The position numbers and the translations under genes are program-made. Source: Ginkgo biloba (Eukaryota; Plantae; Ginkgophyta). Taken from it: a stretch of DNA of 34,749 nucleotides. Every line of letters starts with the position of its first letter. Position 1 is the first letter of the stretch. Under the pieces are notes generated by a model. That model did no database searches and was not told the origin of the DNA. It was given only the letters and a program-made list of their open reading frames with translations. The stretch covers positions 20,261,245 through 20,295,993 of the forward strand of contig JANKJI020000002.1 in the NCBI GenBank assembly GCA_024626585.2, given 5' to 3'. Shown piece by piece: positions 23,334-34,749 of this stretch.

Positions 23334-24278
23334 TGTAATGACTCCAAATTATGGAGGTCAGACCATTGTTCAGGGTGACATGTTACAATCTTGTGATAGG
23401 AGGTTGCAGCCTGTGACTCGTTCTGTAATAAAAGAGAAGTTTTGGTTCTAAAAATGTGTTGTTGTGTAATAATGATGATGGTTGAGTACTTATGTTGAAT
23501 TCCATTCCAATTAGCTACTGTGTATAAGAGAATGCTAACATTTAATATTTTCTCACAAAGACATGATTGTTGACATGATAGAGTCCTATCCCAATGATCC
23601 ACACACTTGTTTAGCATGCAATGAGTTGGTTTTTAATTAGGAATCTATTACTTTTTCCAATATTTATCTAAACTCTTATGATTGTCTAACTTTGCCAAGG
23701 CAACATCTTTAAAAAATCCAAAATGATTCTTCTTACTTCTTAGACTTTTCTATAAATGCAGGGATATTTGAAGGATTTAAGGGAAGATTTGAATGTACTG
23801 ATATGCTATCAATTTTTTCTTTGAGAGATAGAATCCTTTGTTTTGTAAATTTTGTATCATTAGAGTGAAACTTTATTATATTACAAAAGTTCTAGATTTG
23901 CTTCCTTTTGATGGTAGTATACAAAATCTTTAGGACTTTTAAGAATCGTATGTCATATGCAATTTTCCTTCATCCCATAATTTTTTCCCCTTTTGTCTTG
24001 ATTTTGGGTCAATTTGGAGTAATGGTGGTGGTTTCAAGGACTTAGAGGCTTGCATGATCAGGAGATGGATTCACATTCTTTGGAAAATTTATGTTTAGGT
24101 GCATAAATTCCATTTTCTCATCTTAATTCAATAATTGTTTATATTTGAAATATGAAAGATAAAATATTTTATTTTTTGAATTCTTGATTGTTTGTCTGCT
24201 TTCCTTCTTTTCTTATTCTGGATTGTTTGATGAATGTTTTAAAAGAGAGGTCAATTTTAATATTTATTTTAATTCAAT
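23334..24278 (+). mobile_element. Possible LTR fragment
   Basis: Starts with a gypsy-like TGTAATGAC, has TATA-like CTATAAAT near 23750 and a T-rich downstream part. The other end is not visible (gap). Confidence 0.25.
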
Positions 24279-24639
24279 NNNNNNNNNNNNNNNNNNNNNN
24301 NNNNNNNNNNNNNNNNNNNNNNNNNNNNNNNNNNNNNNNNNNNNNNNNNNNNNNNNNNNNNNNNNNNNNNNNNNNNNNAGTCCTAACATAGGACCTTCAA
24401 TTGGAAAGTTGGATGGTCACCTTTTTGCTTAAGACTTAAAGCCCAAAGTCTTTAGTAGCATTAGTCTAAAAAGGAGTGTGATCATGATAGTTACATCATT
24501 TAGCAACCATGATGGAATCTTATCCAAGTATCTAAGCAAAAGATAATGGGATTGCTCACTGGCATCAAAATAAACTGGCAATTATATCGATACCTTTCAA
24601 GAAGTTATGGTCTTGGAGATCCAACTTTGATTGAGGATT

Positions 24640-25615
24640 GATGTTTTTAACTGGCTTGAACAGGGGTGTGGCACCAACTAAACAACACTAGGTTTCTTGA
24701 GATCCATAGCAACCATAGGACCTTTTTAATCCCAGAGATCCAAATCCTATGAAGTAGGGTTCATCCTAGCAATGTTCTAGAGGAACATGTGCCATTCCTA
24801 CAAAAAATAGTCCATTGGTTCCCTACTAATGTTGGTTAGCCAACTCTGGGGATTACTAATATGGAAAATAGAAAACCATCACATCCAAAATGAATAAGCC
24901 ATCTCACCACACCAAACAATGCACAAAATATTTTCCTTAGTCATCTTGCATCTAGAACAATAGAGACATCCCTCCACCCCCATTTCTTAAAACAGTTTAA
25001 TGCTAGTATTGTTTAATATTTTATGCCCCACAAGAGCATATTTTGCTTGGGCTCATCTATATTGCTCCACATTAAAAACCATCATTGGTTGAATTCATTG
25101 GATTGAAGTATATAGTTTTGGAAATTCCTCCTTGTCAAACTTTTCATTTTGTAGTGCAACCCATCTCCATCCTTGTGCAACTTTCTATTTTGCATTATTT
25201 TGAAATCTTCTAACTGCCACCCGACATGAGGTGACTACATTTGTTAGTTGTATACTTTCAATATAGGACATGTTGATTCTATATCTCTCAAATATTTCTT
25301 CTTTTATAAGGATGTCGATTTATATATCATCCATCAACTATATAGATTTGAGTTTGAGGGGCAGTTTTTATCTCATTAAAGTGATCATCATAATCTAGAG
25401 GTCTCTAAACCGGACCCCTCCATTTATCCAACTAAAGATCTACATTTTCACTAGCATACCCTATATACCAACTCGCGTGTAAAATCACCATTGCAACTAA
25501 TTTGCTAATTCATTTCCAAATAAGGGATCCTTTTATGCTTGATATTGTGGGGTAGTCATTCATAGCTCCCTTTGATGTACATTTAGATAATCATGTTCTT
25601 CAAAGTGTAATGGTA
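24640..25615 (-). mobile_element. L1-clade LINE ORF2 C-terminal remnant (post-RT region + zf-RVT)
   Basis: Minus strand: KGSLIWK*IS..HASWYIGYASENVDL*LDKWRG..RPL; MWSNIDEPKQNMLLWGI...MGVEGCLYCSRCKMTKENILCIVWCGEMAYSFW; IWISGIKKVLWLLWISRNLVLF. These follow plant L1 motifs GS.IW, W..G.G..I.FW.D.W, zf-RVT and LW.IW.ERN..IF. Confidence 0.82.
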
Positions 25616-26408
25616 NNNNNNNNNNNNNNNNNNNNNNNNNNNNNNNNNNNNNNNNNNNNNNNNNNNNNNNNNNNNNNNNNNNNNNNNNNNNNNNNNNNNN
25701 NNNNNNNNNNNNNNNTCGATGAGCATTTGCTCTAATTATGAAAAGTCATCAACAAGCATGGAGCTGTATGTTGACAAGCATCAAAGTTGGAAAATGCTTG
25801 GGGGAGGAACAAGAGCAGTTGAAGTTATGCTTCATTTACATGGCCCTAGGGATAAAATAATTGATGTATGGAAGTGTATCATTAGGCAAATGTGATGAGA
25901 AGGAATCACTATTTGGCTATAACTGCATGATGGTCTAAGCAACAGGCTCAAGGAGCACCAATGTTTGATGGAATAGTATATTTTCGACTTCTTATGAATA
26001 TATTTACACACATGTCCAAAAAAAGAAAAACACTTATCATGATGGACCCAGAGGCCCCACTCTGATCAAATTAAAACGATAAGCACGACTGAACATCGGT
26101 ACAACACCATGTACCACTACTCTGTTTAAATGTAACCCTTTCATGGTTTGTATGTATAAGGTTTTCCAAATTTTAAAGAATGCGTATTGCAGGAAATCTG
26201 CATCCTGACAAAGGTAAAGGCTATTTGCAAGCACGGTAGGTTACCGGTTTGCTCGAAAGACACATTGTGAAGCACAAAATCATATGAAGCAACAAAAATG
26301 ACCCAATTTTCTCAAAGTGCTTGTCACGAAAGAGACTGGTTTATGNNNNNNNNNNNNNNNNNNNNNNNNNNNNNNNNNNNNNNNNNNNNNNNNNNNNNNN
26401 NNNNNTAA

Positions 26409-26778
26409 AGATCTTGTGGACCTTATGGAGTCCTAGGATGTGTTGGAGAGGTTGCATGTGCCCTAGACCTTTCATCTCAGTCAGAGATACATAATAAGTT
26501 TCAAGTTCCCTTCTAAATGTAGGCTTTGAATTAGTGAATTCATCCAAAATGAGATACCGTGAATGAAGAAAATAAGTTTATCTCACAATATTAAGCAAGC
26601 ATTGGCATCAAAGAGAAACGCCTTTGTACCCAGTGTGAACTTAAGTACCTGACAAAATAGGAAGAACTCCAAAATAAAAATATCTCTTGCAATACAGACG
26701 CTATTTTGAAAAGGATTCCTACTTTTGCCCCCGCCATGCTTTGGGGGCAAAGCATGCTGAGATGGAAGGGTGTGTAAC
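26409..26778 (+). pseudogene. Chromovirus (Reina/IFG7-like) integrase C-terminus: GPY/F module + decayed chromodomain
   Basis: RSCGPYGVLGCVGEVACALDLSSQSEIHNKFQVPF...VNEENKFISQY*ASIGIKEKRLCTQCELKYLTK*EELQNKNISC parallels GPY.V..RVGEVAY.L.LP..S.IH.VFHVS..EP..I...ER.LR...EYL.KW..L..EDATW. The frame ends at the LTR boundary. Confidence 0.82.
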
Positions 26779-27627
26779 AAGCTCAAACTTTGTATGTCTT
26801 TATTTTAGTATCTCAAGTTTAGTGTTTCAGAAATGCTTGTTTGGTCTATGCTCATACAGTAATAATCGATTTTAACAAAAGTGGGTTTCAGATATCTGTC
26901 TACGATTCCTCACGTGTCAATCAAGATGTACCATTCCTCAAGTGTCGAATCAAGAATATCATTAGGACAATGGAGGTGCAGAGTGATGTGTGTGCACATT
27001 CTCATTTTATAAGGCCTCAAATGACAATTAATTTCAAGTCANNNNNNNNNNNNNNNNNNNNNNNNNNNNNNNNNNNNNNNNNNNNNNNNNNNNNNNNNNN
27101 NNNNNNNNNNNNNNNNNNNNNNNNNNNNNNNNNNNNNNNNNTTATTTTATGTATTATTTTAATATAAATAAAAAGTTTTTTTTGGAGTGATTCAGTATTT
27201 TCACGTTTGTTATCCTTATTTATAGGCCTTCTTTAGAATTTTAGATTTCAATCTTTGTCAATTTTCATTAGCTATAGTTGGCTTGGAACATAACAGTTTA
27301 GTCAATTTCCTTATGTTTCGTTAGTTGTAAATGGTTAGGAACATAACATAAACTCTTAGAATAAGTTGTTAAGGAATTGCTACTATTGAAGTGGAATCCC
27401 TTGTTCTGCCCATTTGGCTCATGGGCTTCATCCATTTATCTTCCTTCTTCATGTTAGTCTGATCATTGAATATTCCAAGTTGAGTCTAGGTTAGCATTGG
27501 GGCAAGGAATAGACATAGAGACAAACAATTAAGGAAATGCATACAAAAAATTATATATTGTAGCATGGCATGAGTACAATGACCACCATACTATGTAGCC
27601 TAGCCCAGGACACTATGGTGTGTTACA
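26773..27627 (+). repeat. 3' LTR of the chromovirus, preceded by PPT GAGATGGAAGGG
   Basis: Perfect 7-bp terminal inverted repeats, TGTAACA (26773) and TGTTACA (27621-27627); purine tract at 26759-26770. Confidence 0.72.
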
Positions 27628-27719
27628 AAATGAATAAGGGGTCCTTATATAAGGAAGACTTCTAACACTTATGTTTAGTTACATCCATTGTCCACCGCCC
27701 AACTACCAACTACCTAGGA

Positions 27720-27806
27720 CAAGTCCTACATACGTGCAAGTCCTAAGCTAGTGCAAGTCCTATACTTGTGTAAGTCCTAAGTTTGTGCAAGCCCTATATA
27801 GTTGCA
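27720..27806. repeat. 17-bp minisatellite, 5 copies
   Basis: CAAGTCCTA-catac-GTG / CAAGTCCTA-agcta-GTG / CAAGTCCTA-tactt-GTG / TAAGTCCTA-agttt-GTG / CAAGCCCTA-tatag-TTG. Confidence 0.88.
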
Positions 27807-29382
27807 CAATTACGTCAAATAGATGCTAACACTTTGTCTTTGTCGTCCTTGGTCACCTCACTCTTCAAATCTAATTACACCCAAAAGCACACATCCCTTG
27901 AGCTTTTTGTCCACTTGTCCTACAAATGTTGCTTTCTTTCAAATCAATGGTGTTACTTATCTTCAACTTTTCATTCACTTCTAATATTATTTGAATCTTC
28001 AAATCAAATGTAGATGTTGATCTTGCCATGCATGTTAAAGCTCGAGTCCCACTTGTCTCTTGCCTATTTCAAGCTTCTGTGACAGTAAAGATTTGCTTCC
28101 TTCAAATTTCTTATGCATTTGTGGAGAGCTTTGTGCTTAGTACAATGTGACAATTTGGCTCATTTATCCTCCTTAAGTATAAATTGAATATCGTTGAAAT
28201 GATTATCGTACATTTACTTCAATCGATTTGAAATTAAATGTTGCATATAGTTTTTGGGGCAAGCTCAGCCTCCATGCTTGTCATTTTAGTATTGGTTCCA
28301 AAGATGTTTGAATTCAGTNNNNNNNNNNNNNNNNNNNNNNNNNNNNNNNNNNNNNNNNNNNNNNNNNNNNNNNNNNNNNNNNNNNNNNNNNNNNNNNNNN
28401 NNNNNNNNNNNNNNNNNNCAAAGATGTTTGAATTCAGTTGCCAAATCTTCTTTGATACGTTCCTTATAATCCACCAAACTAGATGTGAAAGTAAGTTTGA
28501 CTGATACATATGAGCCATTGATTAATGTGAAATGCATATAAAATGGTCTTATCAAGTGAGATCCTGGCCATTTGTTCCCCAATTTCTTTTGGCTTATTCT
28601 AATAAAAATTGTACAATGTTTCGAGATGGATGTAAAATGNNNNNNNNNNNNNNNNNTGCATTCCCTTCCAACATAACTTGATAATTGTGAGCCCAATGTT
28701 GACCCCCTTCGACCACACCTTAATTGTCCTCACTAGGAGATTCGAAAAAATTTAGCCTAATGTAGTGCTTTCCTTTCCCCTCTCAAAATTCTATCAAGCA
28801 TTTCAAGCTTACCATTCTTAATAATTTGTTGATAGTTTGACTTACTATGGACAAAAATATTCCAATTAGCTTTGAAAAGGCTTCAATGAAGGATTAAAGG
28901 TCACCTAATAGAATCAAATTTGATGTCCTAATTTTCCACTTTACCCACCATGTAGGGCTCACATAAGTTGAGCCTTTTAAGGGTGTAAACTAACTTCTAT
29001 AACTATCCCTAATAGTCCAATAGCTAATTTTTGGTGATTGGCAGCTTTAAGGTATTTATACTTCAGATAGCGTGACGGTAATGTTTTGCAGGATCGAGCT
29101 TACTGCAAATAGTAAGGATTCAATGGCTCGATTGTCCAACTTTCATAACTATTTGAATAATTACTAATAATTTGAAATGTTAGTATATCACTTTAGATTT
29201 AGTCTTTCTATTCTACCAAGTTCTTTTCAAGCTTAATTTTTCTGGTGGGTCCCCAATAATCCATCTTCCAGCATTAAAGTTTGACCCTTATGATGAAAAC
29301 ACTGTGCATTTTTCATCCCGAAATACAATCTTTAGTTATTTTTGCATTGATTTTGGACAAAGAGCCCAAATAAGTACTCTGA

Positions 29383-30191
29383 TCATGCCAACTTATGCTA
29401 GCCGATCACCTTGACCTTTGTATGATGAAAATTTTCTCATTTAGAGTCAATTTCAAGCAAATGTGTGAATTCCACAACCCAACTATCCAACTTTAGTAAC
29501 ATTTTGAATCAACCTTAACAATTCAAGATGATTAGTACTGTGACCACATCAACTTATGCTTGTTGATCACTCCACCCTTTGTTTGACCAAAACCTGCTCA
29601 TTTAGGCCAATTTCAAGCAAACATTCCTTGAATTCACCAATATACAAGATTCAACATGACCTTTGGAGTGAAACACCTATTTTTTGAAAATAGCAAAAAT
29701 ATGTGCTTTCAAGATGTAATGAAGCTTCAATAGTCCTTTGAGCTTTCAAGATGTGATGAAGCTTCAATAGCCCTCTTAGTGTAATGGGCTTTAAATATCT
29801 TAAAAATATTTAAAGAATTCCCTCCACACTTTAAAGCTTCTAAAGAAGACCTTAGAATCTTATTGTAAAGTAAACTTGTTAAATTTCTTTAAATTGAGCA
29901 ATGTTACCACAATATTCACCAATCTCTAAAGATGTTGTAATCTACAATGGAAATGAGCAAACCTTGAAATTTCTTTAAAAGTCTGGTGATTTAACCAAAA
30001 TTCATTTTAAAGCTTAAAAAATTCAAGAGAATTTGTAAGACTAGTAAAAGATACACTAAATAATCAGTGCAGAAAGGCAGATTTGGTAATCTACAATGGA
30101 ATTGAGTAGACCTTGAAATTTCTTTGAAGTTCTGGTGATTTGACCCAAAATCGCCAATTCTTAAAGCTTAAAAAATTCAAGAGAATTTGTA
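29383..30191. repeat. Region of layered direct duplications (~161, 37 and ~149 bp periods)
   Basis: CAACTTATGCT..GATCAC..CAATTTCAAGCAAA at ~29389 and ~29550; GCTTTCAAGATGT.ATGAAGCTTCAATAG twice at 29705-29770; AATCTACAATGGAA..AAAGCTTAAAAAATTCAAGAGAATTTGTA at 29939 and 30088. Confidence 0.8.
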
Positions 30192-31071
30192 NNNNNNNNN
30201 NNNNNNNNNNNNNNNNNNNNNNNNNNNNNNNNNNNNNNNNNNNNNNNNNNNNNNNNNNNNNNNNNNNNNNNNNNNNNNNNNNNNNNNNNNNTCTAGTAAT
30301 GTTTCAAGAAGTAGATCTCGTTTTGAAATAGTTTCAGCTTCTTTTCATATTGAGAGGTCCCTTCTTTCCCCTGATCTCTCTTAAAGGTTACTTCTGTCTT
30401 GGGAGTAAACAATGTGGAAGAACTTTTTTTTTTTTTTTAGAATGCTTGAACAGATTCAAACTAGTGAATGGTTTGTCTGAGGATCAAATTATGGCAAGTA
30501 GACCTGACACATTTGTTGGTTGCTTTATATTTGCATCTCAGATTGCTTGCAAGTTTGATACAAGTAGCTGCTAAAGCAAGTCAACTACAAGTTTTGCAAG
30601 ATTCAGGCCCCCTTTGTGAGGCAAAAGTGGCAAAGCTTCACAAAGTGGACCCTAATTTGTGTTCTTCACTGGATGATTTGACAATCTAATGGAAAAGATC
30701 TAGAGGTCTAAATTCAAGATCTACTCCAATAAATAGGAGATCAAGAGTTCTTTTGAAAACATTAAAGATCTGGCAAATTTCTATAGAGATGTGCTAAACT
30801 TGTGTGAACTTTCAAAGAATAAGTGGCAGATTCTTTAAAGACTTAGAAAAGAATCTTTCTATGATGTTGCCAACCTAGGAAATTCTCTCTTACCAAGCGA
30901 AGATTCCACAAATTGCTAGAGATGTTTTGCATCCCTATTTGATTAAAACTAAACAAATTTTGTTTCCACTTTAACAGGGCCTCGGAACTTTGGGCTCCAA
31001 CAAAGGAGACTAAGATAAAAGCTTGCCAAAGTGGAAAGGAGATAGAGATGGTCTCATAAACAGAGGAGAAC

Positions 31072-32398
31072 ATGGAAGGTCCACAGATCTGCAATTCACA
31101 GATTCTAAAGCAAGCCAAGGTCAATATCTTCAAGAAAGAACATATGCTAGGAGTTTTGCTTCACCATGGACACAGAAATGCTGAAAATTTTCGACTTCAT
31201 GTAAAAGTCTTTTTGCTAGGGAAAATTAGCAATCCCTTCCTGAAGTCATTTTACAATCTGGTAGAAGGGATGAATAAATCATGGGCAAAACTGAACTTGG
31301 GAACCTAGAAAATAGAAGNNNNNNNNNNNNNNNNNNNNNNNNNNNNNNNNNNNNNNNNNNNNNNNNNNNNNNNNNNNNNNNNNNNNNNNNNNNNNNNNNN
31401 NNNNNNNNNNNNNNNNNNNNNNNNNNNNNNNNNNNNNNNNNNNNNNNNNNNNNNNNNNNNNNNNNNNNNNNNNNNNNNNNNNNNNNNNNNNNNNNNNNNN
31501 NNNNNNNNNNNNNNNNNNNNNNNNNNNNNNNNNNNNNNNNNNNNNNNNNNNNNNNNNNNNNNNNNNNNNNNNNNNNNNNNNNNNNNNNNNNNNNNNNNNN
31601 NNNNNNNNNNNNNNNNNNNNNNNNNNNNNNNNNNNNNNNNNNNNNNNNNNNNNNNNNNNNNNNNNNNNNNNNNNNNNNNNNNNNNNNNNNNNNNNNNNNN
31701 NNNNNNNNNNNNNNNNNNNNNNNNNNNNNNNNNNNNNNNNNNNNNNNNNNNNNNNNNNNNNNNNNNNNNNNNNNNNNNNNNNNNNNNNNNNNNNNNNNNN
31801 NNNNNNNNNNNNNNNNNNNNGGGTGTGAAGGAAGCAGTGAGCCAAAAGGGAAAGAAGTTAATCCTTCCATTCAGTTTAAGGGGTGTATCCTTCTAAACAC
31901 AAAACAAGAAAAACAATGGAAGACGAGGGAAGGCAATCACATGCAATAACATACGAAAGAATCCTGAACACATTCTGTCCATGGACGACACACCCTGAGA
32001 ACTCTAAGCACAACCAGGCAAAAAAAGAGNNNNNNNNNNCTCAAGTGACTCGGATATAGAAAAATTGGGAAACAGTACAGGAGAACAAGAGCAAGAGATT
32101 TCATTCACCCAAAAAAGGAAGACAGTGCATGGAAACAAAGAATTCCAACAAACTATCAACCCCCTGTTCATTCCCAACATGGTTCCATTCCCAAAGTTCC
32201 CAATGAAGCAGGAATTCTCACCCACTCAGTCAGAAATTTCAAATCCCTTCAAGCAACAACATGCCCACAACTCTGACTTGGCCCCATAGGAACACTTTAA
32301 ATTTTCTAGCCTAAATCAAATCAAAGGACCAAACACACAAAGTTATAGGCAATAAAAAATGCAACAAGCATGAGCATACCTTCTAGTAAGCAGTCTTA
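31072..32398 (+). pseudogene. Probable L1 ORF1 remnant (core hidden in gap)
   Basis: Purine-rich coding-like sequence directly upstream of the ORF2 endonuclease; FYNLVEGMNKSWAKL before the gap, KQWKTRE and a low-complexity tail after it. The call is mainly positional. Confidence 0.45.
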
Positions 32399-32824
32399 AT
32401 GGAGGAAAATGCACTGAAAAGACTATCATGGAATATCAGAGGACAGAGATATTCTCAAACACATAAACCAAGAAATGTTGCAGACAAGGATAAAGCGGGG
32501 AGTTGATATTCTGGTCGTAAAGGAATCAAAACTAGAGTAGAAGAGAGAAAAACAGAAGGAGAGAGAGCAGCAATTTGGACACAGTCAAAAGAAGCAATAA
32601 TCCCGTCAAGGGGCGCATCAGTAGGGATTACCATCCTCTGGAATGAAAGGAGAACAAGGGTATTAAACAGCAAAATCAGCGATCATGTAGGCCACTAGGA
32701 AATCCTTGATTTTAGCATGTTCGAAGATGCCTAGTACCTAATCTACATATACACACCCAATGTGGCTGGGGAAAGATCATCCCTATTGAAAATGATCCCT
32801 CGAGAAATCGACAGAGACTACATC
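32399..32824 (+). mobile_element. L1-clade LINE ORF2 N-terminus (APE-like endonuclease) remnant, truncated by an LTR insertion
   Basis: LKRLSWNIRG...VDILVVKESKL...IWTQSKEAIIPSRGASVGITILWNE...YLIYIYTPNVAGERSSLL follows SWN.RG, DI..LQETK, S.GASGG..ILW and NVYGPN..ER..LW. Confidence 0.88.
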
Positions 32825-33903
32825 TGTAAAGACAGGTCAATACAGAAGACAACANNNNNNNNNNNNNNNNNNNNNNNNNNNNNNNNNNNNNNNNNNNNNN
32901 NNNNNNNNNNNNNNNNNNNNNNNNNNNNNNNNNNNNNNNNNNNNNNNNNNNNNNNNNNNNNNNNNNNNNNNNNNNNNNNNNNNNNNNNNNNNNNNNNNNN
33001 NNNNNNNNNNNNNNNNNNNNNNNNNNNNNNNNNNNNNNNNNNNNNNNNNNNNNNNNNNNNNNNNNNNNNNNNNNNNNNNNNNNNNNNNNNNNNNNNNNNN
33101 NNNNNNNNNNNNNNNNNNNNNNNNNNNNNNNNNNNNNNNNNNNNNNNNNNNNNNNNNNNNNNNNNNNNNNNNNNNNNNNNNNNNNNNNNNNNNNNNNNNN
33201 NNNNNNNNNNNNNNNNNNNNNNNNNNNNNNNNNNNNNNNNNNNNNNNNNNNNNNNNNNNNNNNNNNNNNNNNNNNNNNNNNNNNNNNNNNNNNNNNNNNN
33301 NNNNNNNNNNNNNNNNNNNNNNNNNNNNNNNNNNNNNNNNNNNNNNNNNNNNNNNNNNNNNNNNNNNNNNNNNNNNNNNNNNNNNNNNNNNNNNNNNNNN
33401 NNNNNNNNNNNNNNNNNNNNNNNNNNNNNNNNNNNNNNNNNNNNNNNNNNNNNGGTTTTACTTAGATTCAAAAAGATGCAATGCAAGTACTCAAAGGATG
33501 CTCGATGCTCTCAATGAATTCCTCACTCACTCTTTCAGAAAAGCACAAGAACTTCAAAAGAACTCAATTGCAAGAATTCAACAATGGAATTCGCAATTAT
33601 GTCCATAAAACCCTAATTACAATGGTCATATATGAGACGCTACTCTAATAATAGCAAACAACTAATTAGGGAAACCCTAACTAAATGAATGGTGGAGAGA
33701 GGATGTGCACCCTTGACCCAATTGCAATGTGGATTACTAGTTATATAATCTAATAAATAAAATACTCACTCAATAAATAATTGCTAACTAAGTGCACCAT
33801 ATGGCCGTAGTTACCACAATTATTACAAAATAAAGGTGAATATGACAAAATCTATTGATGTGAAGTGCAGAAATGTGTGCAAATATTGATGGACAATACA
33901 TCA
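32825..33903 (-). repeat. 3' LTR of a minus-strand CRM-like element
   Basis: On the minus strand the LTR starts TGATGTATTG at 33903, right after the PPT. L1 homology stops at TGTAAAGAC (~32825); this left boundary is approximate and the interior has a 600-N gap. Confidence 0.65.
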
Positions 33904-33917
33904 ATTCCCCCCTCCTT
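33904..33917 (-). promoter_or_regulatory. Polypurine tract, CRM type
   Basis: AAGGAGGGGGGAAT-TGATG; translates through as FKEGGIDV, like CRM-type 3' ends. Confidence 0.82.
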
Positions 33918-34534
33918 AAAAGCGAAGAATCCTTCGTTTACGCACTAAGCAAAATCAATAATGACAAAGGAAGAATGATAAAGTAAGCACGTGTTACCTC
34001 TCCAACACAAGATGTAGAATCGGTATTGGGGAGGGAAGCTCTCCCAATACATGTCCTCTAATGTAACCCCTATGCTGAAGGATGGAGGGGAAGAGTAACC
34101 AAGGGATCCTTAGTCCTTTGGTATGTTGGTGTCAACCAAAAGGTAACTCCTGCTCCAAGAACAATCCTATGCCTCCCAACACAAGCACTCTATTTGAAAA
34201 GGATCCTATGAGTCTAGTTGTGGAGTGCTCCATGGTCCTAGCTCCTGAAATGGCAAAAAATAGTCTCCTCACCCCCTAAAAGAGTTGTTAATGGCAAGGG
34301 AGTAGTCTCCTCAATTGTTGAAATAGTTGTTGAAGTCTATTGGCCATCTTGTTCCTCATGTTCCCCTATCACTATATGTGGTGAAGGTGGGGGAGGGGAC
34401 TATGGTGAAGGCTCATGCAAAGAATCTATGGGGTCAATGCTAAGCTCGACCCTTGGAGATAGCAAAAGCGACAATAAGGCAAACTGTCATGAGGTATTAC
34501 CAAGAGGTTTTCTTGCTTCAAGTGAACCGATCTT

Positions 34535-34749
34535 GCCAAAGAAGGCAATCTATATATAGTACCATCCTTCTTTAAGTTGTAGTTGTTGGTATAGCCATCA
34601 TAAATAGCATATCGGTCAAACTGAAACAGTTGACCCAATAACATGTCGCAGCAATCCATCTGAACCATATCATAAGGGACCTTGTCAATTTAACACTGAA
34701 CGGCAAAGCGAACAATACAAACCCTATTCACCTCACATTGTGAACTACT
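34535..34749 (-). pseudogene. CRM-type aspartic protease C-terminal half
   Basis: CEVNRVCIVRFAVQC*IDKVPYDMVQMDCCDMLLGQLFQFDRYAIYDGYTNNYNLKKDGTIYRLPSL parallels V.KQC.V.F.I..Y.DEV.CDVVPMDAC..LLGRPW.FDR.A.HDG..N.Y...K.G...L.SL. Confidence 0.85.

Noticed and set aside
23330-23617. 95-aa minus-strand ORF, and similar 60-110 aa ORFs such as 11258-11566
   Set aside because: They lie in LTR-like sequence, show no motif, and have lengths expected by chance.
25716-26345. Short coding-like frame (MELYVDKHQSWKMLGGG...)
   Set aside because: No recognisable family; isolated between gaps.
33607-33680. AAACCCTAA / TTAGGG telomere-like words
   Set aside because: Isolated telo-box-like motifs inside an LTR, not an array.

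Overview
AT-rich, CpG-depleted eukaryotic repeat DNA from a gappy draft assembly; many gaps are exact 100-N placeholders. The element types suggest a large plant genome, probably gymnosperm- or fern-like (inference). I found no intact host gene, RNA gene or CRISPR array, and most long entries in the ORF track are N-run artefacts. Hand translation shows nested, decayed retroelements: (1) a minus-strand Ty3/gypsy gag-PR-RT-RH-INT fossil (~4.2-8.0 kb), apparently interrupted by a solo LTR; (2) an Athila-type PBS/LTR junction (~11.2 kb); (3) a structurally complete but ancient gag-only LTR element (14892-19431: LTR, PBS-Met, gag, CCHC knuckle, in-phase G-GGA-AAT heptamer, PPT, LTR, no pol); (4) the 3' end of an RTEX-like LINE with a long post-knuckle extension carrying two PIP-box-like ITxFF motifs and a (TTTCTA)6 tail; (5) two L1-clade LINE fragments; (6) a Reina-like chromovirus integrase/chromodomain end with its 3' LTR; (7) a CRM-like element at the right edge whose protease lies ~620 bp from the PPT, so RT, RH and the integrase core are absent. 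Tandem repeats of ~180, 41, 32, 17 and 37/149/161 bp lie between these. All protein calls come from hand translation and motif recognition, not database searches.
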